From assembly GCA_963749495.1 (NCBI GenBank), contig CAVVMW010000021.1, positions 768,001 through 832,000 of the forward strand: DNA of 64,000 nucleotides, in the 5' to 3' direction. This stretch comes from an uncultured bacterium (GTDB taxonomy: Bacteria > Verrucomicrobiota > Verrucomicrobiia > Limisphaerales > UBA8199). Made by a program: the position numbers and the translations under genes. Positions 50,806 through 60,759 of the stretch are shown here, in pieces. The stretch's first letter is position 1; every line of letters begins with the position of its first letter. The notes under the pieces are model-generated. The model was not told where the DNA came from and did not search any database. It saw nothing but the letters and a program-made list of their open reading frames with translations.

Positions 50806-53800
50806 ATGGCACAGCGTATAGCGGCAAGCGTGTTGAGTGCGGCAGTGCTCCTGCCGCTGAGCCTGTTCTGGGCATCGAGCGGCGCGGGCGCGGATGTGGA
50901 GGCGCTCTACCGGTCGTTCCTGTATCCTCCGCGAACGAATTCGCTCATGCCTTATTGGTTCTGGAACGGGCCCATTACGGGCGCGCAGACGCGGCGGCAA
51001 ATTCGCGAGATGACGGGGCACGGAATCTATCAAGCGGTGGTTTTTCCCTGGGATGGCATGGGCGTCCGATATCTGTCGGAAGAGTATTGGCAGCAGGTGG
51101 GCCTGGCGCTGGAGAGTGCCAGGAAACTCGGCTTCACCCTTAATTTCACAGACGAATACGACTGGCCCAGCGGTCATGCCTGGGTTGTTCCCTCCGACCA
51201 GCCCGAGGTCAGCCGCGTGCTTCAGGCGCACCCGGAATTGCGCATGCATCGGCTGGAATATGTGGAGGAATCGGTCGAGGGTCCGCGCCATTGGGTGTGG
51301 AAGGGGGACTGGAAACCGGCGGTGGCAGTGGTCGCGCGCGAGAATACGGCTGGACGGCTGGACGGCGAGTCGTGCGCGGTTTTGCCAATTTCAGATAAGC
51401 CGCTGGAATGGATGGCGCCGGCTGGGCGCTGGGTGGTCACGATGTATCGACCGGTTCCCGCGGTGGGCGCGCACAATACGCGCCTGGACCTGCTCAACCC
51501 GGATGCCACGAAATTCTATTTGCAGATGGTTTATGAAGAGTATGCGCGCCGTTTCCCGCAGCATTTGGGCAAGACCCTGCGACTCACGCTGGCCGATCAC
51601 GAAGGGGCGTACGGCGCCCCCATCGCCTACACGCCGCGATTGTGGGACGAGTTCCAATCCCGGAAGGGCTACGACTTGCGCCGGGTCTTGCCGCTGCTCG
51701 TGCGCCAGGCAACCGACGATCCGGTTGGCCGCCGCATTCGGCGCGATTACTTGGAGGTCGTTTCCGCACTCTACGTGAATGCCTTCAATAAGCAGGTCAC
51801 CGATTGGTGCGCGCGGCACGGACTCCAGCACGCCACCTCACTCTACGAGGAGCAATTGTTCATTCAGGTCAGCCTGAGCGGGGACATGTTCAGCCAGTGG
51901 CGCGCGGGCACGGCCGTGTTTATGGACGCGCTGCTGGAACGGGCGCGGATGCCGCTCGACTTTAAGGAAGCGGTGTCGGTCGCGCATTTCGATGGCAAAC
52001 CGCTGCTGGTGGAGAACCAGGGATTGCAGGGGCATGACTCCTTCTTCAGCCTGGAAAAGGCGCGGCTTGGGTCCAACATGTGCCTGCTGTGGGGCGCAAA
52101 CCTCCTGATTCCCTATTTCGATTACGACCCGCGCAAGATTCAATGGCCGCCGCAATGGTTCCTGGGCCAGCCGCTGTGGCGCCATTTCAGCCACTACGCC
52201 AGGCTGGTCAACCGGGCCCAGACGATGAACGGCCGGGGCACGCACGTTGCGCCGGTGCTGCTCTACTATCCGCTGGAGACGGCGTTCGCCCACGCGGAGG
52301 TGTTGTTCACGAACCCACCGCCACGCGGACTGGCCTGGCACAATGCGATGGACCACACGGAGAACTTCTACACCGCGCTGCGGCTTGAACTGGCGCGGGC
52401 CGGCTGGGATTATCACATCGCCGATCGTCAGTATCTTGCGCGCGCGGCGATCCGGGACGGTGCGCTGCAGCTCGCGGAGGAATCGTTTCGAGTGCTGATT
52501 TTGCCGCCGATGACGGACATGGATGAAGGCGCAGCCCGGCAGGTGCGGCGCTTTGTCGAAGCGGGCGGACAGGTGCTGGCCATCGGAGAATTGCCGGCGG
52601 GCCTGGAGGCGAACGGGATCCGCAGATTTTCTGCGCGGGAGCATCCGCCGTTCATGGACCATTTGGATTATCGCGAATATGTTGCCACGCCCGCAGGCAT
52701 TCAGGAGGATCTGCAGCCGCTGCTCCTGGCTCTGCGCTCGCTGGAACCGCCGCAGGCTCAGGTCCTGGGCGAGGACCGCGAGCGCATCTATTTCTCGCGT
52801 CGCCACGAGGGTGGCGTGGATTGGTATTGGGTGGTGAATGACACCGAACGGGCCCGACAGGTTGTGATGCGCTTCCCACTAAGCGGGATCTTCGAGAAGT
52901 GGGATCCGGAGACAGGCCGGCGGACGAGGTTGCAGAGCCGGGGCGGCGGAGCCCGCCCCTCTTTGGAGCAGCACAATCGCGATGCAAGCGCCTCGGTCGC
53001 CAGGAAGTTGAGCGTCCCTGCGCAGAGAGCCGATGGCTGCACGGATATCGAACTTGGTTTCGATCCGCACGACGGGTTCTTCATCGTCCGCCATGATGAG
53101 TCCCCGAGCGCGCCCGAGGCAGAAACCATTGCCTTGGAGCAGACATTGACGGTACTGCCCGGCAGCGGCTGGTGGTTCACGCCCGAAGCCCCGACCATCG
53201 AGGTCCCTTATGCGGGGCGCGAAGGCAACGCGGAACCACTCTGGCTGGCGCCGGAGGCGCTGTCGAATCGCGATTGGTGGCTTATCGGCCCATTCCCTTA
53301 CGACGACCATGCTGGGTTTTTCCGCTCCTATCCACCGGAGCTCGAGTTCCGACCGGAGGCCGTCTATGCCGGGGCTTACGGCCAGGTGCGCTGGCAGTGG
53401 TTTCACTCGCCCACCTACACCATTACGTTCCGTGACGCGCTCAAACCTAAGGAGGGCGGTTCCTTTGGTGTTTATTACGCTCACGCCCACGTTTGGTCGC
53501 CCACGGCGCGGCGGGCGAGACTGCGGGCGGCCTTCGCCGACAGTCTGGCGGCCTGGTGGAACGGCGAGCGGGTTTTCTCCGAGCACCGTCATACAAAGTG
53601 GGTCCTGCTGCGCGATTGCTGGGCCGAATCGGCCAAGATCGATGTTCGCTCCGGTTGGAACACCGTGTTGCTCAAGGTTGGGCCAAGCCTTGAAGGGGCA
53701 ACCGCATTCATGTTCCGCATCACCGATGACGCCGGCTCCACTCTGCGCGACCTCGTTTACTCCCGCGACACCAAAGAACCACAGGATGGCGCCTCACTCC

Positions 53801-54411
53801 AAGTCCGCTTGAGCGTTTCAGTGCCCCCGGGCGCAACCGGTCTGCGGGTTCCGGCGTTTCGCAAACCGTTTCGATTGCTGGTGCATGGCGAGGCGGTGGC
53901 GGCCAAACCGGCCGGCACGGTGCGGTTACCGGCCGGCGTGCGGAGTTGCGCTTTTGAAGTCGCCGCCGATGATACGCCCGAATACCCGGTTTGCTTCCTC
54001 ACCGGTTCGGCGCCCTTCCAACTGCAGTCGTGGACGGACTCGGCGCTGGCGAATTTCTCCGGCAGCGCGCGCTACGAGACAGAGTTTAGTCTGCCGCCAG
54101 GCTCGGCCGAGGGGAAGCTGGTGCTGGATCTGGGTGAAGTGGGCTTGGCCGCGGAGGTCTGGGTCAACGGCCAGAGCCTTGGAGCCCGGGCCTGGAGTCC
54201 ATTCCGGTTCGAGCTTTCGAAGGCCGTGCATCGGGGCAAGAACCGGCTGCGCGTGCGCGTGACCAACTCAAACGCGGGTTGGCTGGCGCAAGGCGACACG
54301 CTCTATGCCAAAGGGAGCTGGGGCTTGAAGTTCGACACCGAGCGGGATCGTCTCGCGACGCTCCGGCCCAACGGCTTGGAAGGACCTGTCCGGATCCTTA
54401 GAAGGCAGTGA
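50806..54411 (+). CDS. GH106 (alpha-L-rhamnosidase)-like secreted glycoside hydrolase
   Basis: MPYWFWNG, YLSEEYW, DEYDWPSG and C-terminal FSGSARY...LDLGEV..AEVWVNG motifs. Confidence 0.8.
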   Translation: MAQRIAASVLSAAVLLPLSLFWASSGAGADVEALYRSFLYPPRTNSLMPYWFWNGPITGAQTRRQIREMTGHGIYQAVVFPWDGMGVRYLSEEYWQQVGLALESARKLGFTLNFTDEYDWPSGHAWVVPSDQPEVSRVLQAHPELRMHRLEYVEESVEGPRHWVWKGDWKPAVAVVARENTAGRLDGESCAVLPISDKPLEWMAPAGRWVVTMYRPVPAVGAHNTRLDLLNPDATKFYLQMVYEEYARRFPQHLGKTLRLTLADHEGAYGAPIAYTPRLWDEFQSRKGYDLRRVLPLLVRQATDDPVGRRIRRDYLEVVSALYVNAFNKQVTDWCARHGLQHATSLYEEQLFIQVSLSGDMFSQWRAGTAVFMDALLERARMPLDFKEAVSVAHFDGKPLLVENQGLQGHDSFFSLEKARLGSNMCLLWGANLLIPYFDYDPRKIQWPPQWFLGQPLWRHFSHYARLVNRAQTMNGRGTHVAPVLLYYPLETAFAHAEVLFTNPPPRGLAWHNAMDHTENFYTALRLELARAGWDYHIADRQYLARAAIRDGALQLAEESFRVLILPPMTDMDEGAARQVRRFVEAGGQVLAIGELPAGLEANGIRRFSAREHPPFMDHLDYREYVATPAGIQEDLQPLLLALRSLEPPQAQVLGEDRERIYFSRRHEGGVDWYWVVNDTERARQVVMRFPLSGIFEKWDPETGRRTRLQSRGGGARPSLEQHNRDASASVARKLSVPAQRADGCTDIELGFDPHDGFFIVRHDESPSAPEAETIALEQTLTVLPGSGWWFTPEAPTIEVPYAGREGNAEPLWLAPEALSNRDWWLIGPFPYDDHAGFFRSYPPELEFRPEAVYAGAYGQVRWQWFHSPTYTITFRDALKPKEGGSFGVYYAHAHVWSPTARRARLRAAFADSLAAWWNGERVFSEHRHTKWVLLRDCWAESAKIDVRSGWNTVLLKVGPSLEGATAFMFRITDDAGSTLRDLVYSRDTKEPQDGASLQVRLSVSVPPGATGLRVPAFRKPFRLLVHGEAVAAKPAGTVRLPAGVRSCAFEVAADDTPEYPVCFLTGSAPFQLQSWTDSALANFSGSARYETEFSLPPGSAEGKLVLDLGEVGLAAEVWVNGQSLGARAWSPFRFELSKAVHRGKNRLRVRVTNSNAGWLAQGDTLYAKGSWGLKFDTERDRLATLRPNGLEGPVRILRRQ

Positions 54412-55096
54412 TCACAACGGTTTGAGCTCAAAAAGGACGAAACAAGTCGCCCGCGATGGCGCGGATACGCTCGTAGTCCGCCGCACTGCAGCGGGCGTGA
54501 GGCGCTTCGCCGACTTTGGCCAGGCCGGTCGTCTGGAACCACTGCGGCCCCGTCGGAAAGCCCTCGCTGCGCAACAGGAAATGAACCCGGTACTCGGCCA
54601 GATAGCGAACCACCTGCTCACGCTCATTATCCTTCAATCCTGGCACCACGAGCTGCACGTAATCGGCCAGGCCGCCTTCGACAAACGCCCGGACATGACG
54701 CATGTAAGATTCTTCCGGGTTTCCGGTGGAGGCCAAATGCAACTGTGAACCGACATGACACACCTCATCCGTTCCGCCCAACAGGCTCCGGGCAGCCCAA
54801 AGCAGCGCCAACGCAACTGGAATGCCCCGCGGAGTCATGGCCGCAAGGTAAAAGGTTCGTGCAGCCTCGTCCAATCCGAAGGCATCAGAATCTCGCCAGC
54901 GTTCGGGGCTGATCTTATTGGCCAGGAATTTCTCCTGCCCAGAACGACGCGAACCCAGTTTCCGCTCTGGCAATTCGACCTCGGCAAAGACGGCATACTC
55001 TACGCCTGCACCTATCCGCCGGCGAAGCACAACGTTGATGGACATCTGGGACTTTCATTGTCACTTGAGCGGCGTGCCGGGCACCACGCCCGAGCA

Positions 55097-55228
55097 GCGG
55101 CTGACGAGGTCCACTGGACGGCCGAACAGTTCCTCCAAGCCCAACTTGAGATCCAGCCACTCCAGCAAGCCGCAGCGGCCGTCCGCCTCCGACGCAAGCG
55201 TGCAAAGCAGGTCCACGTCCCTGTCCCG
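55097..55228 (-). pseudogene. Minimal nucleotidyltransferase (MNT antitoxin) fragment
   Basis: Minus strand DVDLL...GLLEWLDLKLGLEELFGRPVDLVS with an internal frame break. Confidence 0.6.
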
Positions 55229-55276
55229 CTTGAATTAGGGTTTGATGCCGTGGGCCGATGCCGCTAGATTTCCCTC

Positions 55277-55483
55277 ATGACCTTCAAAGCTGTCATCCAT
55301 CCTGAGCCAACCGGCGGCTACTGGGGGGAAGTCCCTGCCCTGCCGGGGTGCTATTCGCAGGGCGAGACCGTGGACGAGTTGATGGCCAACTTGCGCGAGG
55401 CCGCCGTCGGCTGTCTCGAGGTGCTGGCCGAGGAAGGCCGGTCGCCAGACCCGGAAGTGGAAGTCGCAGACCTCGCCTTATGA
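55277..55483 (+). CDS. hicB: HicB family antitoxin
   Basis: GGYWGEVPALPGCYSQGET.DE...NLREA motif. Confidence 0.92.
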   Translation: MTFKAVIHPEPTGGYWGEVPALPGCYSQGETVDELMANLREAAVGCLEVLAEEGRSPDPEVEVADLAL

Positions 55484-55677
55484 GGCCGATTACCGGCAAT
55501 GAACTCTGCCGGTTATTGAGCGAGGCGGGCTGGGCGCTCAAGCGCGTCAAGGGGAGTCATCATGTTTTCGCCAAACGTGGCGAAAGCAAAATCATCTCTG
55601 TTCCCGTTCACGGGAATCAGACCATCAAGCCAGGTCTGGCCCTCCGCATCGCCAAGGACGCCGGCATTTCGTGGTGA
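55480..55677 (+). CDS. hicA: HicA family toxin
   Basis: GW...RVKGSHHVF...VPVHGN..IKPGL...I.KDAG; ATGA-coupled to hicB. Confidence 0.92.
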   Translation: MRPITGNELCRLLSEAGWALKRVKGSHHVFAKRGESKIISVPVHGNQTIKPGLALRIAKDAGISW

Positions 55678-56192
55678 ACCCCCGTGGTCGGCTCAGCCCG
55701 GCAGGCCAAAAAACTGTTCCCAACTTTTTTGGTTTGGCGCTCTGCTGTTCGTCTTGTCCGTCGCTGTTCGCCCGGCGAGAGACCGCCAGCCGGGGCGGCC
55801 AGCGGGAGTAGTCTTTAGAGGGCACCGCGCCCAGACCCATGGCGCCCGGCACCCGGAGTCGTCAAGCCGGAGGCGAAGAATCTGGTCTGGACGGATTTGC
55901 CGACGCCCACGTCATGGCCGATGAGCCGACGCATCCCAGACAGGCGCAACGACTTTACATGGGGGGGCACGGCCTGGAACAACTCCGAGACGGGCTTGGC
56001 TTCGCCACAGGCCGAGGAATGGAGCCCTGCGGTAGCCTTTTGACCAAACCACGGGCCTGGATTGCGAAATTACGCTCCAGGTCAAGTGCATAATCTACAC
56101 GTATCCAACCCCTTACGGCGTTTTCACTTTCCTGGTTCAAGAAGTCTCCACAGCCTGGCTTTCTCTGAGTTTTTTGGATTCCAGAGGTATTA

Positions 56193-56236
56193 TGACATTG
56201 TCAGACAATCTTTGAGATTTATGTTGACAAAAGTCA
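56193..56236. promoter_or_regulatory. Putative promoter/operator: two TGAC-N3/4-GTCA palindromes overlapping a TTGACA
   Basis: tgacattgtca at 56193-56203; tgacaaaagtca at 56225-56236; TTGACA at 56224-56229. Confidence 0.4.
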
Positions 56237-56268
56237 GAAGTTGTGTTTTCTTTTGGGCAGGTAATTAT

Positions 56269-56919
56269 ATGGCAGGCGACGGTGACATGTTTGCGCAACG
56301 CAAGGTCTGGGGATACAACCGCCTTTGCGCTGCGGTTTCTGATGGCGCGCCAATGGAGAGGTTGGCGGAAACTGAAGTCCAGGCTGTCCGCAACATGCTT
56401 GGGAATGGTTACGCGGTTCCTTCATTGAGGCGGTCGGTGCAGAATGCATATCGCATTCTGGAGAGCTTACAGTCCGACTTGCCGATGGAATCTCCTTCAC
56501 AAACGCACGCTCGTTTGATCGAGGCGGTGCGCATGGTTGAAAGGGAATCCGTCGAGGCGCAGAGTTCTGCGGACGTGGCCAAGGCCGTCATCTCGGTTGG
56601 CTTGGGAATACTTGAGACTGGCCAACCGCTTCCCTCAATGAGCGAATTCCAAAAAGAATGCTGTCGCACGCTCGGAACCTTTTGGTTGCATCGTTACGGG
56701 TGGAACAGCTTTGCGCCGTATGTGATGCGGCGAAGCGGCCTTTCCGCAGAAGCTTACAAACAGATGTCCCGCCAGGCAAGCGAGGGGGCAATTTCGGATA
56801 TTTCCGAACTGATACACGCATCGATGTTCTCCCGCGGAGGGAGGCTGCCAAAGCGCAGAGTGGCGCGCAGCCAGCCCGTCCAACACACGATCGAAGGTCT
56901 GAACCAGGAGCTGAATTAA
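56269..56919 (+). CDS. Hypothetical helical protein, first gene of the QueC-like operon
   Basis: ATG after an AT-rich leader (MAGDGDMF...); stop lies 1 nt before the QueC-like ATG. Confidence 0.7.
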   Translation: MAGDGDMFAQRKVWGYNRLCAAVSDGAPMERLAETEVQAVRNMLGNGYAVPSLRRSVQNAYRILESLQSDLPMESPSQTHARLIEAVRMVERESVEAQSSADVAKAVISVGLGILETGQPLPSMSEFQKECCRTLGTFWLHRYGWNSFAPYVMRRSGLSAEAYKQMSRQASEGAISDISELIHASMFSRGGRLPKRRVARSQPVQHTIEGLNQELN

Positions 56920-56920
56920 C

Positions 56921-58348
56921 ATGGACCGCTCACCCAATCAGCGGATTTGTCCCGAGTATCACTTCGAGTTCGATGCTCGCGGCATTCGGCGAACCGTCCC
57001 TTGTCTCCCCGGCGGCGAGCAGGACTTTTACGGACAGCAGTATTTCGCCAACTACCAGAACTTGGCGAGTGCCTTTGCACGGAGGCTCTCACCGAGATAC
57101 GGGGATTGGTTGGAACTCGCGGTGGCCATATACTTGGCCGACAGGTTCGCTCCCCGGCGGGACCCGAGATTTCGCAGGGACCCGGTGCACCGTCGAAGGA
57201 AGATCCGGCTCCAGATCCCGGTCCTCGACCAACCGTTCTGGCGAGGCAACCGCACGCAGCAACTCCTGCGGAACGCCCTTTGGCCTCTAACGGAAGACGA
57301 GTGGCGCTTTGATTTCGTTGAAAGGGAAACGCCTTTGCCGGCGTGCGCTCAGCAATTCCTGTTCGACTTCCCGATCAAGACTCCCGCCCGCGTGGCTTTG
57401 CTCAGTGGTGGTTTGGACTCTTTCGCCGGAGCGGCGTTCCAACTGCAGAATTGGTCTTCTCTCCATATCTTCGTGTCGGGCGTTACGCATGGACGTATGC
57501 AGGTAGGGCAGCATCGGCAGATGACCCTCTTGCGCAAGCGGAGCTCTGCGGATATTCGTCATGTGCAGGTTTGGTATAGGCTAACAGAGAAAAAGGCCCC
57601 GGACTTCACTTTGGAACGGAGCCAGAGGAGCCGAGCGTTTCTTCACGTGACCTTGGGAGCAGTGGCGGCTTTGCTCGCCGGAACTGATGAACTCAGCATG
57701 TATGAGAACGGAATCGGCGCCCTGAACCTGCCCTTCGATGCAACGCAGGTGGGAATTGAGACCAGCAAAGCGGCCAGCCCCATTTTTCACCGGGCCATGG
57801 AACGGTTCATCGAATCGGTGACCGGCACCCAATTCAGTATAGTGAATCCATTCCAGTTTCTAACGAAAGGCCAGGCGCTCCGCGCCGCAGGGATTCGTGA
57901 GTTTCCGGAGGGATTAGGGGAGACCTTTTCGTGTGACCGCTTTCCGGACTGGCGCGAAGGCACGCCGCAATGCGGGACCTGCGCATCTTGTATTCTCCGT
58001 CGCTTGTCCTTAGAAGTTTGTGGACTCTCCCACCTCGACCATGGCACCTTTTATGCCAGAGACGTGAGATCCAACACCTTTGTTCCGGGTGATTCCGCCG
58101 CCAGCATTCTTTCCCATTATGAGGAACAGGCCTCGCGGATCGAAAGAGCGCTCGGAAACGCAAACCCTGGCTCGGCACTGGCGAGGGATTTTCCGGAGCT
58201 TTACGAGGCCGAACATGCCTTGTTGTTGGGCGGGGGCGATGAGAAGGGGGTCCGCCGCTCTCTATTGCAGCTTCTGAGGGCTCATGCAGCGGAGTGGAGA
58301 ACCTTTAGCGGTCGGGCCGCCCTGGGCCGCTACCTGGAAGCAGCTTAA
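56921..58348 (+). CDS. QatC-type 7-cyano-7-deazaguanine synthase (QueC)-like protein
   Basis: LLSGGLDS PP-loop, SQRSRAFL, ENGIGALNLP, NPFQFLTKG, SC...CGTCASCILRR Zn site; N-terminal LAVAIYLADR...IPV...W...LTEDEWRFDF extension as in QatC. Confidence 0.9.
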   Translation: MDRSPNQRICPEYHFEFDARGIRRTVPCLPGGEQDFYGQQYFANYQNLASAFARRLSPRYGDWLELAVAIYLADRFAPRRDPRFRRDPVHRRRKIRLQIPVLDQPFWRGNRTQQLLRNALWPLTEDEWRFDFVERETPLPACAQQFLFDFPIKTPARVALLSGGLDSFAGAAFQLQNWSSLHIFVSGVTHGRMQVGQHRQMTLLRKRSSADIRHVQVWYRLTEKKAPDFTLERSQRSRAFLHVTLGAVAALLAGTDELSMYENGIGALNLPFDATQVGIETSKAASPIFHRAMERFIESVTGTQFSIVNPFQFLTKGQALRAAGIREFPEGLGETFSCDRFPDWREGTPQCGTCASCILRRLSLEVCGLSHLDHGTFYARDVRSNTFVPGDSAASILSHYEEQASRIERALGNANPGSALARDFPELYEAEHALLLGGGDEKGVRRSLLQLLRAHAAEWRTFSGRAALGRYLEAA

Positions 58349-58368
58349 CGAATTAACTGATAATTCAA

Positions 58369-59604
58369 ATGTCTGAAAACATCCTGGAAAAGCTTGACCC
58401 GAAGATCGTTGGCGAGCGTCTGAAGAGCTCCCGCCGCGCCTGCGGTTTCACGCAGGAAGAGGTTGCCGATCGACTGGGGTTTGCACGAACTACGGTCGTG
58501 GCAATTGAAAAAGGCGAACGGCGAGTGGCGCCAGACGAGCTTCTGGCCTTCTCCGCCTGCTATGGCCGAAGCGTGTCCGAACTGGTCAAACAGAGTTCCT
58601 TCACGGAAGCGTTGGCGCCCCAGTTTCGCGCGGCTCTTCCGAACAGCCAATTGGAGAAGCCCTTTCCCGAGGATCAACTCGCGCGCGTCTGCCACGAGCT
58701 GGAATCCAGGGTCGAGGATTATCTCGAACTCGAGCAAATTTGCTCAGTGGCCCTGACGCGGGATTATCCTCAGCAATACCCGCTAGAGCCATCGCACATC
58801 TACCCGGAACAGCTTGCCGAGGATGTGGCTCAGGAGGAACGAAATCGACTGGGCCTTGGGGATGCACCGATCAGTGATTTGCGTGCTTTGCTGGAAGAGG
58901 CTGTTGGGCTGCGCATCTTCTTTTACGACATGCCGTCTTCAGTAGCGGGAATTTTTGGGTATAACGATCGTTTCGGAGGCTGCATCGGCGTCAACCTCAA
59001 GCAGCCATGGCACCGCGGCAACTGGTCGTTGGCGCACGAGTATGCGCATTTTCTGACGACCCGGTATTCTGCCGATGTGGATGTTCTTTCCGGGCGCTGG
59101 GGGAAACAGCGGTCGGAGCGTTTTGCCGACAGCTTTGCGGCGAATTTCCTCATGCCGCGGAGCGGGGTAAACCGACGGCTCTCGGAGGTGGAGATGGCGC
59201 GTAAAGACCGCATCACCATCGCTGATTTGGTCACGCTGGCCGACTACTTTGGGGTTTCCCTCCAGGCCATGTGTTTGCGACTCGAGGGTCTAAAACGCAT
59301 CCAATCCGGCAGTTGGGATCGACTCAAAAGTGGCGGACTAAAACCTGACAAGGCGCGCCAGACCTTGGGGTTGCTTCGTCCCGAGCGCAAGCACGCCGAA
59401 TGGCCGGTGCGCTACCTGCTGCTCGCCAAAGCGGCGTTCGAAAAGGGTGAGCTTTCGGAATCGCAGCTCGCAAAGAGGCTGCGCACCGACATTCTGAGCG
59501 CTCGCGAAACGATGGAGGAATTGGACAACCTGGTCGTGTCCAATGATGGGGAGGAGTTCGAGGTGATCCCGGTGGATTTGGCTTCCCCGGTTCCGGCGGA
59601 GTGA
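58369..59604 (+). CDS. XRE HTH-ImmA/IrrE (peptidase M78) fusion
   Basis: GERLKSSRR..GFTQEEVADRLG..RTTVVAIEKGER HTH; LAHEYAH zinc motif; E..AD.FAANFLMP. Confidence 0.93.
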   Translation: MSENILEKLDPKIVGERLKSSRRACGFTQEEVADRLGFARTTVVAIEKGERRVAPDELLAFSACYGRSVSELVKQSSFTEALAPQFRAALPNSQLEKPFPEDQLARVCHELESRVEDYLELEQICSVALTRDYPQQYPLEPSHIYPEQLAEDVAQEERNRLGLGDAPISDLRALLEEAVGLRIFFYDMPSSVAGIFGYNDRFGGCIGVNLKQPWHRGNWSLAHEYAHFLTTRYSADVDVLSGRWGKQRSERFADSFAANFLMPRSGVNRRLSEVEMARKDRITIADLVTLADYFGVSLQAMCLRLEGLKRIQSGSWDRLKSGGLKPDKARQTLGLLRPERKHAEWPVRYLLLAKAAFEKGELSESQLAKRLRTDILSARETMEELDNLVVSNDGEEFEVIPVDLASPVPAE

Positions 59605-59616
59605 GGTCGCGGCAAC

Positions 59617-60169
59617 ATGGCATCGATTCTCATACAAGACGCGTGCGTTCTGCTGAATCTGGTGGCAAGCGGGCGGTTTGCCGATATCGCCGGCGGTTGC
59701 AACCTCCATTTTGCCGTGGTTCCCGAAGTTGCGGGTGAAACCCTCTACTTGCGCGACGCGGCCTCTGGCGAGCATGAACCAGTTGATCTGCCAGCTCTTT
59801 ATCGCCCGCGGACTCCTGGAGGTCTTCGCTGTGAAAGGCCAAGTGGAGCAAACCCGTTTCATTGAACTGGCCGTTGATCTTGACGATGGGGAAGCCGCCT
59901 CCATTGCGATTGCCGAAGCCAGGGATTTTGCGCTTGCAACCGACAACAAAAAGGCCCGGGCCTTGATTCAGCGCAAGGCCGTCAAAATCAAGCTGTGGTC
60001 GACCTTTGAGCTGTTGCGACACTGGCAGGGCAAGACCGGGATTTCCGATGGGGAACTGGGCGGCGCCTTACTGAACATCGCCAACCGCGCGAAATTCCGT
60101 CCGAAGCCCGGCCACCCTGACTTCAAATGGTGGTCCGAGGCCGTCGGCGCGAAACAGGACCAAACGTGA
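59617..60169 (+). CDS. PIN-domain (VapC/DUF3368-like) protein, frameshift near 59790
   Basis: ILIQDACVLLNL in ORF 59617-59865; LDDGEAASIAIA...LATDNKKAR in ORF 59678-60169. Confidence 0.85.
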
Positions 60170-60474
60170 ACGGTTTTCCCACCGGCGACGGAAATGGACA
60201 TACGCTGAAAAGAATTCTCACAAGAACCAACCTGAACGCCAGTATGGTCACGAACTTCTTCAGAATCCCCATCCCGTTCGAGGAGTTTGACATTCAACGC
60301 CTAGCCTATACGGAGGCCAAGCTGAAGGCGCTTCGCGCCGAGCATAATCATGAAGCTTCCTTATTTCGGAACGGTGAATTCATCTACGCATCGCCTAAGA
60401 AGGGTGCGGCGCTCAATTTGGCAAAGCCCGTGCGGCTGGCGGTCAAGGACCATCATGAGGTTATCGAGTCGCAC
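60166..60474 (+). pseudogene. Probable N-terminal fragment of a long-B prokaryotic Argonaute
   Basis: MVTNFFRIPIPFEEFDIQRLAYTEAKLKALRAEHNHEASLFRNGEFIY resembles, from memory, RsAgo-like N domains; GTGA overlap with the PIN stop; no PAZ/MID/PIWI follows. Confidence 0.5.
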
Positions 60475-60759
60475 CACGGTCAACGACGGGCGGAAGTCCC
60501 CAGAGGCCACCTTCGCGAAGAAGATTGTCCTCCCCCCCTTTTCTCCTGCCCGTCGTCACCAGAGCATGGCGAATCAATTATGGACGCTGGCGAAGATGGC
60601 GAGCTCGACTTTGACGTTGAGGTCAAGGATGCGCCGTGGTAGCAGCCACCCGTATGGCAGACTTCGAGCACTTGAAGATCCTGCGGCAGGACATTGGGAC
60701 GCCAAATGGATGGAGGAGGAAGTATTCTCAAGCGGCCCCGGTGAACTGCGTCTCCCATT

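Noticed and set aside
56921..58348. Housekeeping queC, or a complete QatABCD or Dpd system
   Set aside because: Too long for housekeeping QueC; no QatA NTPase, TatD, DpdA or queDE nearby.
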